Shown here: piece after piece, positions 1 to 11,280 of the stretch | Layout: every line of letters begins with the position of its first letter | Numbering within the stretch: position 1 is the first letter of the stretch | Origin: Camelus ferus | Taxonomy: Eukaryota | Assembly (NCBI RefSeq): GCF_009834535.1 | Contig: NC_045697.1 | Span: 53,260,001 to 53,324,000, forward strand | Length of the DNA: 64,000 bases | Reading direction: 5' to 3' | The notes under the pieces: model-generated | The model's database searches: none | The model's input: the letters and a program-made list of their open reading frames with translations, nothing else | What the model was told of the DNA's origin: nothing | Position numbers and translations under genes: made by a program

Positions 1-245
1 ACTTTATACGGAGCTCCAGAATAGGCAAAATTAATATACGTTGATAGAAATTTTATTTTTTTAAGTAGTAACCTGTCGTGAGAATGGGGAGACTAGATTG
101 ACTGGAAAAGAGAAGGAGGGGACTTTGCGGGGGTGATGGAAATGTTCTGTGTCTTGATAGGCGTAGGTACGTACATTTATATGTATATGTAACTCAAACC
201 CATCAAACTACACACTTAAACTCTATGCATTTTAAAGTGTTACTA
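1..245 (+). mobile_element. Old L1 (L1M-type) 3'UTR fragment
   Basis: Motifs ggggtgatggaaatgttctgtgtcttgat and aaacccatcaaactacacacttaa. Confidence 0.7.
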
Positions 246-1871
246 GACTGTGATGATGGATTGGTCATGTATGCAATTTTGGGGGTGAGATCATACATGG
301 ATTCCATATGTCTGTCCTGAACTAATGCTCTTATAATACATTAGATAGGAAGCACTCAGTGAGAAGGTTGGTAGGGAAAGTTTTGAGGCTACAGTGTGGA
401 TTACCAAATGTAAGCAAAACTGATTCTAGGGAAATTATTCTGCATAGGAGTTTTCTGATCAGATCTGTTCAAAATTGAGGTGCTTTTTCTGCTTTGCCTT
501 TCTTTCACTGGCCTGGGATGGGGAAGTTGAGATGCTAGGATTAAAACCAACACAATAAAATACAGTTCTTTGCATGTATTGCAGTGATATTTCCATAAAG
601 CGTACCTTCTTGTCTTCCTAACTTTGGTAACAAAAATGATAGTGTTTAAAGCTTCTGTATAAAGTAGTTTGAAAACATAGACTATTTCACTGATGGTGAT
701 TATAGTATGCGTGTTTTCAAACATAGTTGTTGCTCAGGAATACCTTAACAAGACTTAACAGCTTCCTGAAGCAGATTGGATCCTGAACAGTCTGAGATTA
801 GGGAATTTATTTTTTAAGCTGAGTCACTAAATTGGATTTGTTAAAAACATCCAGAGTAATAAGGTCTTTTTAATATTGCCTGGAATAAAATAAAAAATAC
901 AGCATGCTTAGCTCAATATTTATGTTTTATCAAAACATTTTCTTGAAGTAACTTCTTAATGTTTATCCTTGCATTACTTTATTTATGTAGAATTTAGCCC
1001 TTTAATGTGTTTATATGTTCATGTATTGATAACATTTGTGTATTTTTTAAAGCCTTTATTATTGTAACCCCTAATATTGTCAAACTCTTGACTTGATTAT
1101 AGCATGATGCTTAGAGTTTTGCAGTTTTTCCTAAGTTCTGCTTCTCTTCATTGAACCGTCAAATAGAATAGCTGTGCTGTGCCCATTTCTCTTCTTTAGT
1201 CTCTGACCATCCCTTTTCTCCTCCCCCTTAACGAGAAAAGTCAAATACTTGCTGTATTCCGGAATGTATTCTAAACACTCAGCATGGATTACCTTATATA
1301 ATTTTCAATGACCACACAAACTCTTGGAATTTCAGAACACAATGTTCCTACATGCTGAATACTTGCATCTTATCAGATATCTTGTACAATTCCCTAAATC
1401 ATGTCCAATATTAAGAAGTCTGTCAATCACCCAGAATTACTCTCACTCAACCCACCAATTTAGGGAAAATAGGATAAAGTATAAAATGAAGGTAGAATAG
1501 GTGATTATTGGATTACCTTTCCATTGGGTAAGTAGCAGTTTCCAGAGTCAGAACACTACTAAATGCTGGAAAAAGATAAGACTCTAGAAATTGTGATCAA
1601 ATTTAAAGCCTAAAATACTAATTAAATTTGTTTGAAACCACCTAATACATATTTATTCATTCATTCATTTACCCACTCATTCATTTTTCTTTTCATACAC
1701 ATACACTCACAGACATCAACACACATCTACATACAAATATGTGAAGTATACTGAATGTCAATTTTCCTGTCTTCTCAGAATTTCAGCTGAAGTTCCAAAG
1801 CTGAGAAAATACATTAAGAAGTACTTCCATAGTACTTCCACAAGTAAATGGGGGAAAATTAACATTTTTCT

Positions 1872-2092
1872 GAGTTGACCCTTGAACAAGATGGGGGTTA
1901 GGGGTACCAACCCCCACATAGTCAAAAATCCATTTATAAATTTTCAATCGGCACTCCATATCCGTGGTTCCACATCTGAGGATTCAACCAGCCACAGATC
2001 GTGTAGTATGGTTGTAGGTATTTATTGAAAATAAAAATCTACGTATAGCTAGACCCCTGCTGTTCAAATCCGTGTTGTTCAAGAGTCAACTG
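1872..2092. mobile_element. Tigger-family (TcMar) non-autonomous DNA transposon
   Basis: Terminal inverted repeats agttgacccttgaacaa / ttgttcaagagtcaactg followed by TA. Confidence 0.8.
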
Positions 2093-2129
2093 TACTTTGT
2101 ATGAGCCAAGTATCTTACGTGTATTATTT

Positions 2130-2280
2130 CATGTAGCCCTTTCAGAGACTTTGAAAAGATAGATATTGCTATGTCTGTTTTACATCTGGGAAGATTGAGA
2201 CTCAGTGTAAGGGACTTGCTGAAGTTTCCAAGCCAGATTGAAAGCCACATCTGATGAAATCCAAAATCCATGTCCTATTT
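2130..2280. mobile_element. MIR SINE fragment
   Basis: Core resembling ttttacag..gaaactgagactcag...gggacttgc. Confidence 0.55.
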
Positions 2281-3454
2281 TGTACAGGATGTTGCCTCCC
2301 CAAACCAGTGTACATCTTCCGGAGGACCTATCCTTTTGGGTGATGACAGCCATCTCTCCATGTAGCTGGGTCATATTGACAGCATGCGCTTAATGATATC
2401 TGCCACCAAATAATTCTGATTCTAATGGAGAGTGCATCAGAAGGAATCTGCTGAATGGGCCTGGGGGAAATAATGAAGTTGTATGTCAAAGCTAAGTATG
2501 TACTTGAGTTCATCAGTCTCAGTCACCACACTTATAAATCCAACCATAGGATATCTTTATTCTTATTGAGGCCACCATTTTCCAGCACCTTCCTTTATTA
2601 ATTGCAGTTATACAATTCATTCAGTGATATTAGCTTTATTCTCATTGTTGTTACTTTCCAGATTATGCAATGAAAGTATATTTAAAAAGAAATATAATTT
2701 TGTAAAGATAAGGCTTACTAAATAATTGTATTATTTTCCTATGACTTATTGAAAGAGTGTAAGTAGAAAGGCATTCAGGAGAAGAGACAAACTATTTTCT
2801 ATTTTTCAAAGAACTGATATTAGCATCGGGGAAGCAAATAGCCTCAAATGATATCCAAGGCACTGCCACATCTTGTTCTCTGAAAAACAAAATAGAAGAG
2901 CATTTTAATACCATTAGACTGTTTTCTGTAAAATTTCCCGGATATTTCTAAGTTGCTTAAAAAGATATAGAAAACTCCTTCTGGCATTGATGCCACACAG
3001 AGTGAAGGCCACACTTTACATATAAAATCTCTTTAGTACTTCTGATTAGGTAGTTTGAATTGGTTTGCACTGGACAAAATGGTGCATTGTAGACAGACTT
3101 TTCTAAACAGGTGTTCATGCAATTCATTTCTGGTTGCATTTTTGTAGACTTTTTTTTAATCTGAAGAAAGCCGAGTATTCATTTTCATAGAAGGAGGAAT
3201 CAGAAGATACTCACAGGTCGCAGGGAGGGGATTTCAAAAACCTTTGCCGTTTACTTTTCCCTTTCAGGCCAAATTGTTTGCTTTTTCATGTGTATTTTTT
3301 GCTTCTTGTTGTCATCCCATCCTGCTTTTTTTTTTATCAAACACCCACTAGCCTCACAGCCAACTAAGCCCATGAGGAAAGGGAGTCAATTAAAGTTATA
3401 TTTGATATAAAATACAGAATTTTAAATTTCCATGTGATTGTGCGATTTTTTTTT

Positions 3455-3576
3455 TTTTTTTTATCATTTTGAGACTTTATTTCATGCTAATCTGATACAA
3501 ATGTTTTGGCACTGTTACAACTTTTAGCTTGCAAAGTGAAGTGGTGATTTGGGAGAACTGACTTTGTATTTGATGC
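3455..3576 (-). other. ODAM: Probable ODAM terminal 3'UTR exon with AATAAA at 3476-3481
   Basis: ttctacag acceptor at 3577 and a canonical polyA signal ~100 nt downstream. Confidence 0.6.
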
Positions 3577-3892
3577 CTGTAGAATGTCTTTTACATGGAT
3601 TAGAATATGTACTATTTGTGTTTTCAAAGTTTATGCCAGGTTTATGGCATAGGCAGATAAGATCCTCAAAAATTTCTGATTTTTAGAAAATTGCTAAAAT
3701 ATCATGATTATTATTAGCTTTATAGGAATATATAAGCACTGACTTGGATTTTTTTTTTTTTTCGTTTTGTTGTAGATCTTTTCATTAGTTCCCTTGACTT
3801 TTTTTTTTTTTTTGTAATTTAGGATATGTCATGATACTTAATGAATGCCTCTTGGCAAATACCTACCTCAAACTTTGAATGATTAGTACATC

Positions 3893-3922
3893 TTACGGTT
3901 CCTTTAGGTTATCAGTCTTGGC
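3893..3922 (-). CDS. ODAM: ODAM last coding exon AKTDNLKEP* (exon probably extends to the donor at 3867)
   Basis: TAA at 3893-3895; GAG|gtaggt donor at 3866. Confidence 0.93.
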   Translation of the reverse strand, partial: AKTDNLKEP

Positions 3923-6900
3923 CTAGTGAGGAAAAGGATGTTCATAGGAAGTTTTTATTAAATCAAAATTAAATTATATTCTGACTAGTGGATTATTAGT
4001 AAGCAATTATTAGCCTTCCTATTCAAAGGATAAATTCTACTATATCATTTATGCTATCATTATTTCTGTGACTAAGTCCTGTAAATTAAGCACTAACTTT
4101 ATATTTTCTATTAGACACCAGTTTCTTATGTAAAATGAATCTTTGATTACCTTCTTTTTCATGAGCTCTGGAGTAATAGTTGGGTCTATAGCAGAAGTAA
4201 AAACACTTGTGCTGGGTTTTTGTGAAGTTGAAGGAATGACAATTCCTGCATTGGCGTGCTTAAAGTTTATCATTTCTTTTTGTAAATTCGGTAACACTCT
4301 TCCTGCTGGCTATAGGGGGTGAGAAAGAAAATAAAGTGGTTACAGGCTCCATGCACAAGGTCAAAATTGGGAAGAGTATAAAGCAAAAGGAGTGAGATGC
4401 AAAGCCAAGACTTTACTTAAGAAATAAATACGTTTATTAATTTTCTAGATTATAATCTATCTTTTAGAAAGACTATGAATATATACCAGTAAACATGGAT
4501 GTCTCTTAATACCAGATTTTAAATGAGTGTACCTATGGAAAGCATCTGGCATGTAGTAGCCCCTCAATAAATATTTGATGGACTGAGCAAATTGAATCTT
4601 GAGTGGCAAGAGATTACAAGGGAAGGAGTAATAATTGTTGATGGAATAATAATATTTTCATCGAAATGAACAAGAGGGCAAGAGCCCGTAGTCTGTCAGT
4701 TGCTGACTTCGAGTAGCTAGCAGGTTGTGGTAAGGAAACGTACCATCACAGCAGGTTCAGGAGCTGTGCCTAGGAAGGGATCAAAGACTGGTTGCTGCTG
4801 TCCTCCTGGTCTAACCTGAAAAATTGGGAAATTTAAAAAAGTCTAAATTATGAATCTATAAAATATGTTGTTTTGCACCCAATGCAGTTAACACTTCCCA
4901 ACTTCTTCAATTAGTTTCTTCAAAATGAAAACAATAACTTAGATTTGAGAAAGAGAAAAGCAGCTCCTCACAGTAAGAAACTGGTCTGACCCAGCAGCTT
5001 TGCTTCTGCGTCGTCAGGAGCTGGTCTGACATTCACTGCCAGGCCCTGGTGCTCCCCTGTTGTATGTTAAAAAATCCCACCCAACACGAACATCAGACCA
5101 GGTCACCTCTGAGCATGACAAAGTGCGACCAAAACAACACCACTGTGTAACTTTGTCTAAAGCCAGGTCCCTGTGCAAGGCACAAAAATACCAGGCATCC
5201 TCGGGTCCTGGCTAATCTGGAGAACTGCTTCTTTACCAGTCACGGCCGTTGCCTCGCTCCATTGTTCTGATCTTCTAGGTACAAATAGGTAGATTACCCA
5301 AATCATAGAACTACCCCCACTTCCTGAGAACACCTAATCCAAAGTGAGCCATGACTCCTTGAATTCTCCCCACTATCACCTGACACAAGCCCAGACCCTC
5401 TGAGAAGTCATTTCAGTACCTTCCTGTGAAGACCCCACGGCTCCCCATGGTGTGTGTTCTCCCCTGTTACAGTGAGTGGGTAAATCCAGCTCTGTCCAAT
5501 GAGAGGTGTGTTACCGGTGGGTTTTGACTGAAGAGCACTGACAGATTTAACAGTTTAGGAAGCAAGTCATCTCAAAAATTAATTTTTACTTTTAAGGGGA
5601 AGTATGCATTTACTTACAGGTTCTGCTTGTTGTGGAATATATCCGAATTCAGTATAGAATGGCATCTGTCAGAATTTTGAAAAATACATTAGATTTGTTC
5701 TTATGATTCTGTCATAATTTTGTGATAACTGATTACTTAGAATTTTATCTATGTATTTATATTATACTTAAAGTTTTTTTTTTAAGTTCTAGGTTGTATC
5801 CTTTTAACGCCATATGATTTCTAGATTAAACCTCTCCCTTTCTCTTTAAATTTACATGACTTCATTGGAAGTACTTCTACCAGCCATTTAAAGCTTAGTT
5901 TTCAGTTTTCTCTAGTTGATTTGGCAAGTTTTAAGCAATGATAAATTTTTTAAAAAGAAATCTAGCTATGTATGAGCCACCTGAATTTCTATTAGAATTC
6001 TACCAATTTCTTGCATGTCCACGAAACTCAATATAATGTTATCTAACTGTATTTCAATACCTAGTGATCATAAGTGCCCTTTAATCTTGGCAGCTATTTT
6101 TTAAAAAATAATGGCTACGTGGATATATGACAAAAGGGATGCTGGTAGATTTTTAAAAGTTATAAAACTTCATTTTCTAATATGAGTCAGCTTTTGGCCT
6201 CTGATTTTATTGACATCTGTTCAGTGACTTTGTTCTTTCAAAATTCAGCCTTGGAGTGTATTTCCAAATTAGTGTCACTTTAAGGGGAAGCACAATATCC
6301 TTTTATGACCAGTCCAAGCTGTTGAGTTTTTGCACTAAGCATAATCAGATGTTCCCTTCTCTGAAAATGTACTGTATATTCTTTATTCTCAGGTGGAACT
6401 AGTCATATTAAAATCAAACACTTGAAATACCTGCTCCTCGAATAGCTGCTGTCCTGTTTGCGGAGGGGACCAGGCGGCTGTTTGTTGAGGTTGTTCCCAG
6501 GGCAGGAGCACGTAAACTGGGTAGTATTGAAACATCTGTTTGTAAACAGAAGAGTACAGAAGAGCTTCCTTTAGATCAACGCAGGCCTTTTTTTTTTAAG
6601 TCTTCTAATGTTAATATTTTAAAACTGATTTATATTTAGTAATTCTATGAACAAAAGAACACATAAAGAGTCCTTCCCAAACTTTAGAAAAAATTTGTAT
6701 TGCACATAACACTGGGCTTTGTTTCAAGGTTACTTGGTCAAACACATTAGGAAGTAGTAGATTCAACTAAATAACGGGCTTTTTAAAAGAGCACCTTGGA
6801 CTTTGTATATAAAATTCATATACGTATGTTCTTTGTAAATATCTAAGAAGAAGCTAGCCTATGCAACATTGTCCCTACATTTTTTTTGGAATCTTCATTC

Positions 6901-9900
6901 TGCAGGACATGGTATTAGAATTGCTACCATAATAAATGGTCAAGAACATATTGCCTTCAATAACTGCCATTTGATTAAAGCAATCCATATGCATCATAGA
7001 ATATTTGGAAAAACCAGAAATAGACAAGGAACAAATAAGATCACCCACAGTTTCACCACTCACATTATCACGTATTGGCATCCACTTATGTAGTGTGTGT
7101 CTGTATATGCATATGTGTTTAAAGAAAACGGTATCGTTGTACATGCATGGGGTTTTGTTTCCTCGTATGATTTAATAAGAGACTATGTTGGGTATGAGTT
7201 AAAAAACAATAACTATGATTTAAGAAGAGGTGTATTTCACACAGCAGTTCTTAATCCTGGCTAAGACTCAAAATCACTGATTGAACATTTTAACAGATAA
7301 TCATATTTGCGGTCTGCTCATGGGGGTTTGATTCATTAGGTGTGGGCAGGGTCCAGATATTTGTAATTTTCGAGGTCGTCACCAGAGATTCTAATGCAAA
7401 GCTAGGGTGGGGAGCCACTGGTTTAGTGGTTAAAGGAAGGGTGAAGAATTACATTCCAACTCAGCTGTTTATTTGCATCAGGATTGGGAGCTTAATCTCA
7501 TTAACACTGGCTTCTTCATCCTTAAAATGAAGTCATTCCACTTGTCGGGTATCTAACTCTGTAAATGCTGTGGCATAGAATGAGATAATGTCTAGTGGTA
7601 ACTTTTGTTTTGTAATAGGGATGGACAAAATTACATAATTGTGATCATACCAGAGCCAAGTGGTGTAACTTTTTATGAAATGGTCAATATTCGCTGGTGA
7701 GTGATATAATTTATCTATATTCCTATTTCTTTGAATCCAGGATATTATAAAATTGTTTAGCCTGATCTTGAGAGGCTTTTCCATATTACTTTAATAATTC
7801 ATTTAAAAAGATTCTCTTATTAAATGGAAATCACCACCATTTGGAGTTAAACTGAAAATATATAAAAACCTGGGAATGTTTTGAGCAGAATTTCATAACT
7901 CTCTCTACATCATATTATATTTTATCAGTTTAATGCATCTTTCCCTGAAACAAAGTTTAGAGTTGGGCAAAGTTAGCTCATAGCATTTTTCTAGAGTTTT
8001 TCCCAAATGCCAAAATGCCAGAGCTTTAGGTGCAGAGAGGACAGAACCTCAGGCTTAGTGAGCTCCTTAATTCCCAACCCAGTAATGTCCTGGAAACTCA
8101 GGGGTCCTGGAGATTCTCAGCTGGCCTCCCTTTGGGAGCTGTTAAGTGAGCCTAAGATTAACAAACTGATGCCAGCCCAGCAATGGTAGTATCCAGACAG
8201 TGATAGCATTGTGTGGGTTTTATAGCCCTGCTATAGGGGTCAAGGCTACAAATGTAAAAGAAAGCATTCCCTGGAGAGAGTAGGCAACCATCTCTCTACA
8301 GGGGCTATGGTATTCCTTTCATTTACCTGTGCTGGCTCTTGAGGCATTCTGAAGGTGAACAAAGAGGGCATAACCTGCCAAAAAAGGAATGGTAAAAAGT
8401 TATACTTGACTTTTTAATCTAAAATTCCACAGCTGTTTTCTTCAGACCTAGCCATATAAATATATAATCTGCAGACTTTGATGATGACAAAAGGTCATCT
8501 ATTACATGTACCATCATTAATGCTAATTCCCTTTTTTTTTTTAAAGATGCAAGTTTCCTAATTTTCTTTTCCAAAGCATGCTTTAACACTTTTGATTCAT
8601 GGCTGTGACCTAGAAGAGCTGATTTACATGGCATTTTTTCATGTCAGAAATCAGAAAGATGAGGAAGTACTTCCAGTGATGTAGAAACATACTATGAGAA
8701 AGAATTCTTGCTCAGTAACTCCTGTCTTATTGCAAAGCTGATTCATATTCATTTTTCACATTCAACGTGCATTCTCTCTCCTTGGGGTAACGAGATGGAA
8801 GAGGCCCAACTTACCTCATTAGGGCCCTGTTGGGTCTGCGGTGGTGTCTGAGGCTGTGAGGGGTCCAGCTGTCCTGCCTGGGTTCCTGGAGTAAAAATGA
8901 CCTGTCCTGGGAAGGGTATCTGATTCGGGAACAGTCCAGCAAACCGGTCTAGAGTTGATAATGAGAATTGGGAGAGTCCTGGAATTGGAGCCTGCTGCTG
9001 CTGTTGTAGTGTCTCAGGGAAAGGAGGGATCCAGGAATTAAACGGGCTCTGAGAGGACACAAAAGAAAGAAAGGAAGCACTTCTCTTTCATTTCAAAAAG
9101 AATTTAAAATCAGTCTTGAGCAAGAAAGAGACAAAACCTAAATAATATCTATATTTCCATTGCTACATTATAAAAAAGGACAGCATCTTGACACATTATG
9201 AGTCAGCAAATAGCATGAACAATGCTAAATTCCCAGTGGTCATGATAAGGAATATGGAGCAGAATCAGGTGGATAAAAGGTGCAGTTTTTGTAGTTGCCA
9301 GACTGGTGTCAAATCTTTTTTTTTTTTTTTTTTTTAAACCAGTTAGCTGAGTATGACTTTGTGTAAACTGGTAAATTTAACTATCTCATAGTTGTGAGAG
9401 TCTGTGCCTGGCATATACGAAGTTCTCAATAAATAAATGTTAATCAGATGATAGTTTTTACTTTAGTCTTTAAACAGATGGTAATTCAAATATATAGAAC
9501 AAACTCATAGCTTTAAAAATTGAGATTTCAGAAATGGAATCAGAAAACACTCTGCTGTCATACCAAGTACCATAAGAAATGAGCAGGAGAAAAATGTTCT
9601 TGAAATAATTATTGAGGTTGGGGTACCTGAAGCTGTAGTGGCTGAAGCTGAGCATTATTAAGATTCAGCAGTAACTAGAAAAGGAAGAATAATATGAAAA
9701 CAAGATTACTACACATGCTGAAATGATTAAGAACAATGTTTGCTACAAATATCACACAAGTCAGAGCCGGCTGGTCATAGTTTCCTGTTGGAGGTGAGAT
9801 GTTTTCTCACTAAGCTTATACTGTGATTAGAGGTTAGGCTTTAACTATCTCTCCCCTGCTGTGTGTGAGATTGCACAACTTTAGCTCATGCCAGTGGTTT

Positions 9901-10400
9901 AGTTAGTCATTTGATGATCTTTTGAACTCCTATATACCCCATATTGATGCTATTAGAACTAAAAGATATGCAAGACTCTGTCTCTGCCTTTAAGAAACTT
10001 GCAATCCAACAAGGGAGGCAAAATAATATTCTAGAAATAACCTGGTGTACAAAACAAATGTGATGATTGGAAATGCATTTAGATACAAGGGCTGTTGGGC
10101 AGAACTGAAATATAAATCAGTGGAAGGCTTTTATCTCATCCCCACTGGGCTTTCATAAAAGAAACAAACAAAAAACCAGGGGTCATTGTTTTAAGTATTT
10201 ATACTAACCTCATTGCTGTTGCTTGCAGACATAAGACGCTGTGGGATAAGCTAAAAAAGCAAAGAAACAAACAAAACCCAGAAATGGTAAAAGAGTGATT
10301 TGCCATGGGTTTTACACAATGACTTCTGTTTTACCATGAAATCACTTACCGGGGCTGACATTGTGGCTCCCAGTATCCCAAGAAGAATTATAGTTTTCAT
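3893..10400 (-). CDS. ODAM: Odontogenic ameloblast-associated protein, complete spliced CDS (10 coding exons, 837 nt, 278 aa)
   Basis: Phase-0 GT-AG exons 10350-10400, 10209-10250, 9627-9674, 8815-9048, 8327-8374, 6431-6535, 5618-5665, 4744-4815, 4151-4309 and 3893-3922 join in frame as [57 protein letters not shown]...-AKTDNLKEP*, collinear with mammalian ODAM. Confidence 0.97.
4151..4309 (-). CDS. ODAM: ODAM exon [16 protein letters not shown]...ELMKKK
   Basis: 159 nt overlapping ORF 4049..4297; AAG|gtaat donor. Confidence 0.95.
4744..4815 (-). CDS. ODAM: ODAM exon [24 protein letters not shown]
   Basis: 72 nt, ttttcag acceptor, gtacgt donor. Confidence 0.95.
4946..5543 (+). mobile_element. 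Solo ERV LTR in an ODAM intron
   Basis: TG...CA termini, 598 bp, 4-bp TSD GATT (4942-4945 / 5544-5547), GC-richer than flanks. Confidence 0.75.
5618..5665 (-). CDS. ODAM: ODAM exon [16 protein letters not shown]
   Basis: 48 nt, gtaagt donor. Confidence 0.95.
6431..6535 (-). CDS. ODAM: ODAM exon [18 protein letters not shown]...FEEQ
   Basis: 105 nt with AG/GT boundaries. Confidence 0.95.
7242..7425. mobile_element. MER5-like hAT-Charlie element
   Basis: cagcagttcttaatcctggc...gattctaatgca...gagccactg. Confidence 0.65.
8327..8374 (-). CDS. ODAM: ODAM exon [16 protein letters not shown]
   Basis: 48 nt with AG/GT boundaries. Confidence 0.94.
8815..9048 (-). CDS. ODAM: ODAM long P/Q-rich exon [10 protein letters not shown]...QQGPNE
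   Basis: 234 nt inside ORF 8749..9060; GAG|gtaagt donor. Confidence 0.96.
9627..9674 (-). CDS. ODAM: ODAM exon [16 protein letters not shown]
   Basis: 48 nt, ttctag acceptor, CAG|gt donor. Confidence 0.95.
10209..10250 (-). CDS. ODAM: ODAM exon [14 protein letters not shown]
   Basis: 42 nt with AG/GT boundaries; carries the SCPP S-x-E motif. Confidence 0.95.
10350..10400 (-). CDS. ODAM: ODAM signal-peptide exon, [17 protein letters not shown] (exon 10350-10415 including 5'UTR)
   Basis: tttag acceptor at 10416, ATG at 10400, CCG|gtaagt donor. Confidence 0.95.
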
Positions 10401-11176
10401 TTTCAGATGAAATATCTAAAAAATAAGTTGTGAAATTTAGCTTTAAAAAGATTGTCTACGTAAAAATCATGATAACAATAATTAGTTGGTATTGTTCAAT
10501 CAGAAGAGTAGTTGAGTGAACTCTACAGTATTTACTTACATACTAGGATTTTAAAATAAAAAAGTCACGTTTATAAATATAAATAAATATCACTCATTCT
10601 TTTTCTCAGAGCAGCTATTTATAAAAACCAAAGTTGTTTGCTTGTCCTTTCAGCTTGCCCACGTGACTCACTTGGCGGCACTTGATGTAGTTACAGGAAC
10701 GTGTGAACAAGATGGTCTCATCCCCTGTGCTGTTTGTTCTACACTGAAGAGAGTGGGTCCTTTGGCCCATGGGAAGCCCATGACGGGGATCGATGAACTA
10801 GATCCTTATTGTAAAAGCAATTTTAATGTCTATTTAATGTAGTAGTAAAAAAACTACAATAAAGATCTGACAATAGCAGTTCAGTACCACACAGTTTCTA
10901 GTTAAAAGTCTAATAACATTAAAACATATTAAAACTAAGCAACTGAATCAATATTTTTCTAATTCAGGGAAAGAGGTTATAGAATTAAACTGTAATATTG
11001 ATTTATAGTGCAACTCATAGGAATATGTCATCTCTTGTCCTCCAGATGTGAAAATGCCTGGCCTAGTTCAAATCAGTGACATACACAAGCATTGAGGGTG
11101 ATCTTGGGTAGTTTATTCTGCGGAGTTGACTGACTTGTGTTCTTAAAATTATGAAAGCAAAGATTTGATATCTTAC

Positions 11177-11280
11177 CTCCCTCCTTTACCTTTGAAGAGA
11201 AATCTAGACTCATTCGAGGTCTGTGTCCTTTTTGTCTTTCAGCTCTGCTGTTTGGAGCTTGTCTTAAATTTTAAAACCCC
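11177..11280 (-). promoter_or_regulatory. ODAM: Candidate ODAM non-coding exon 1 (ends 11177) and TTTTAAAA TATA-like box at 11269-11276
   Basis: Strong GAG|gtaaga donor; SCPP genes have a short non-coding first exon. Confidence 0.5.

Noticed and set aside
401..724. 107-aa ORF considered as a possible FDCSP start
   Set aside because: No signal peptide or SCPP exon structure; FDCSP and CSN3 were not found in this window.
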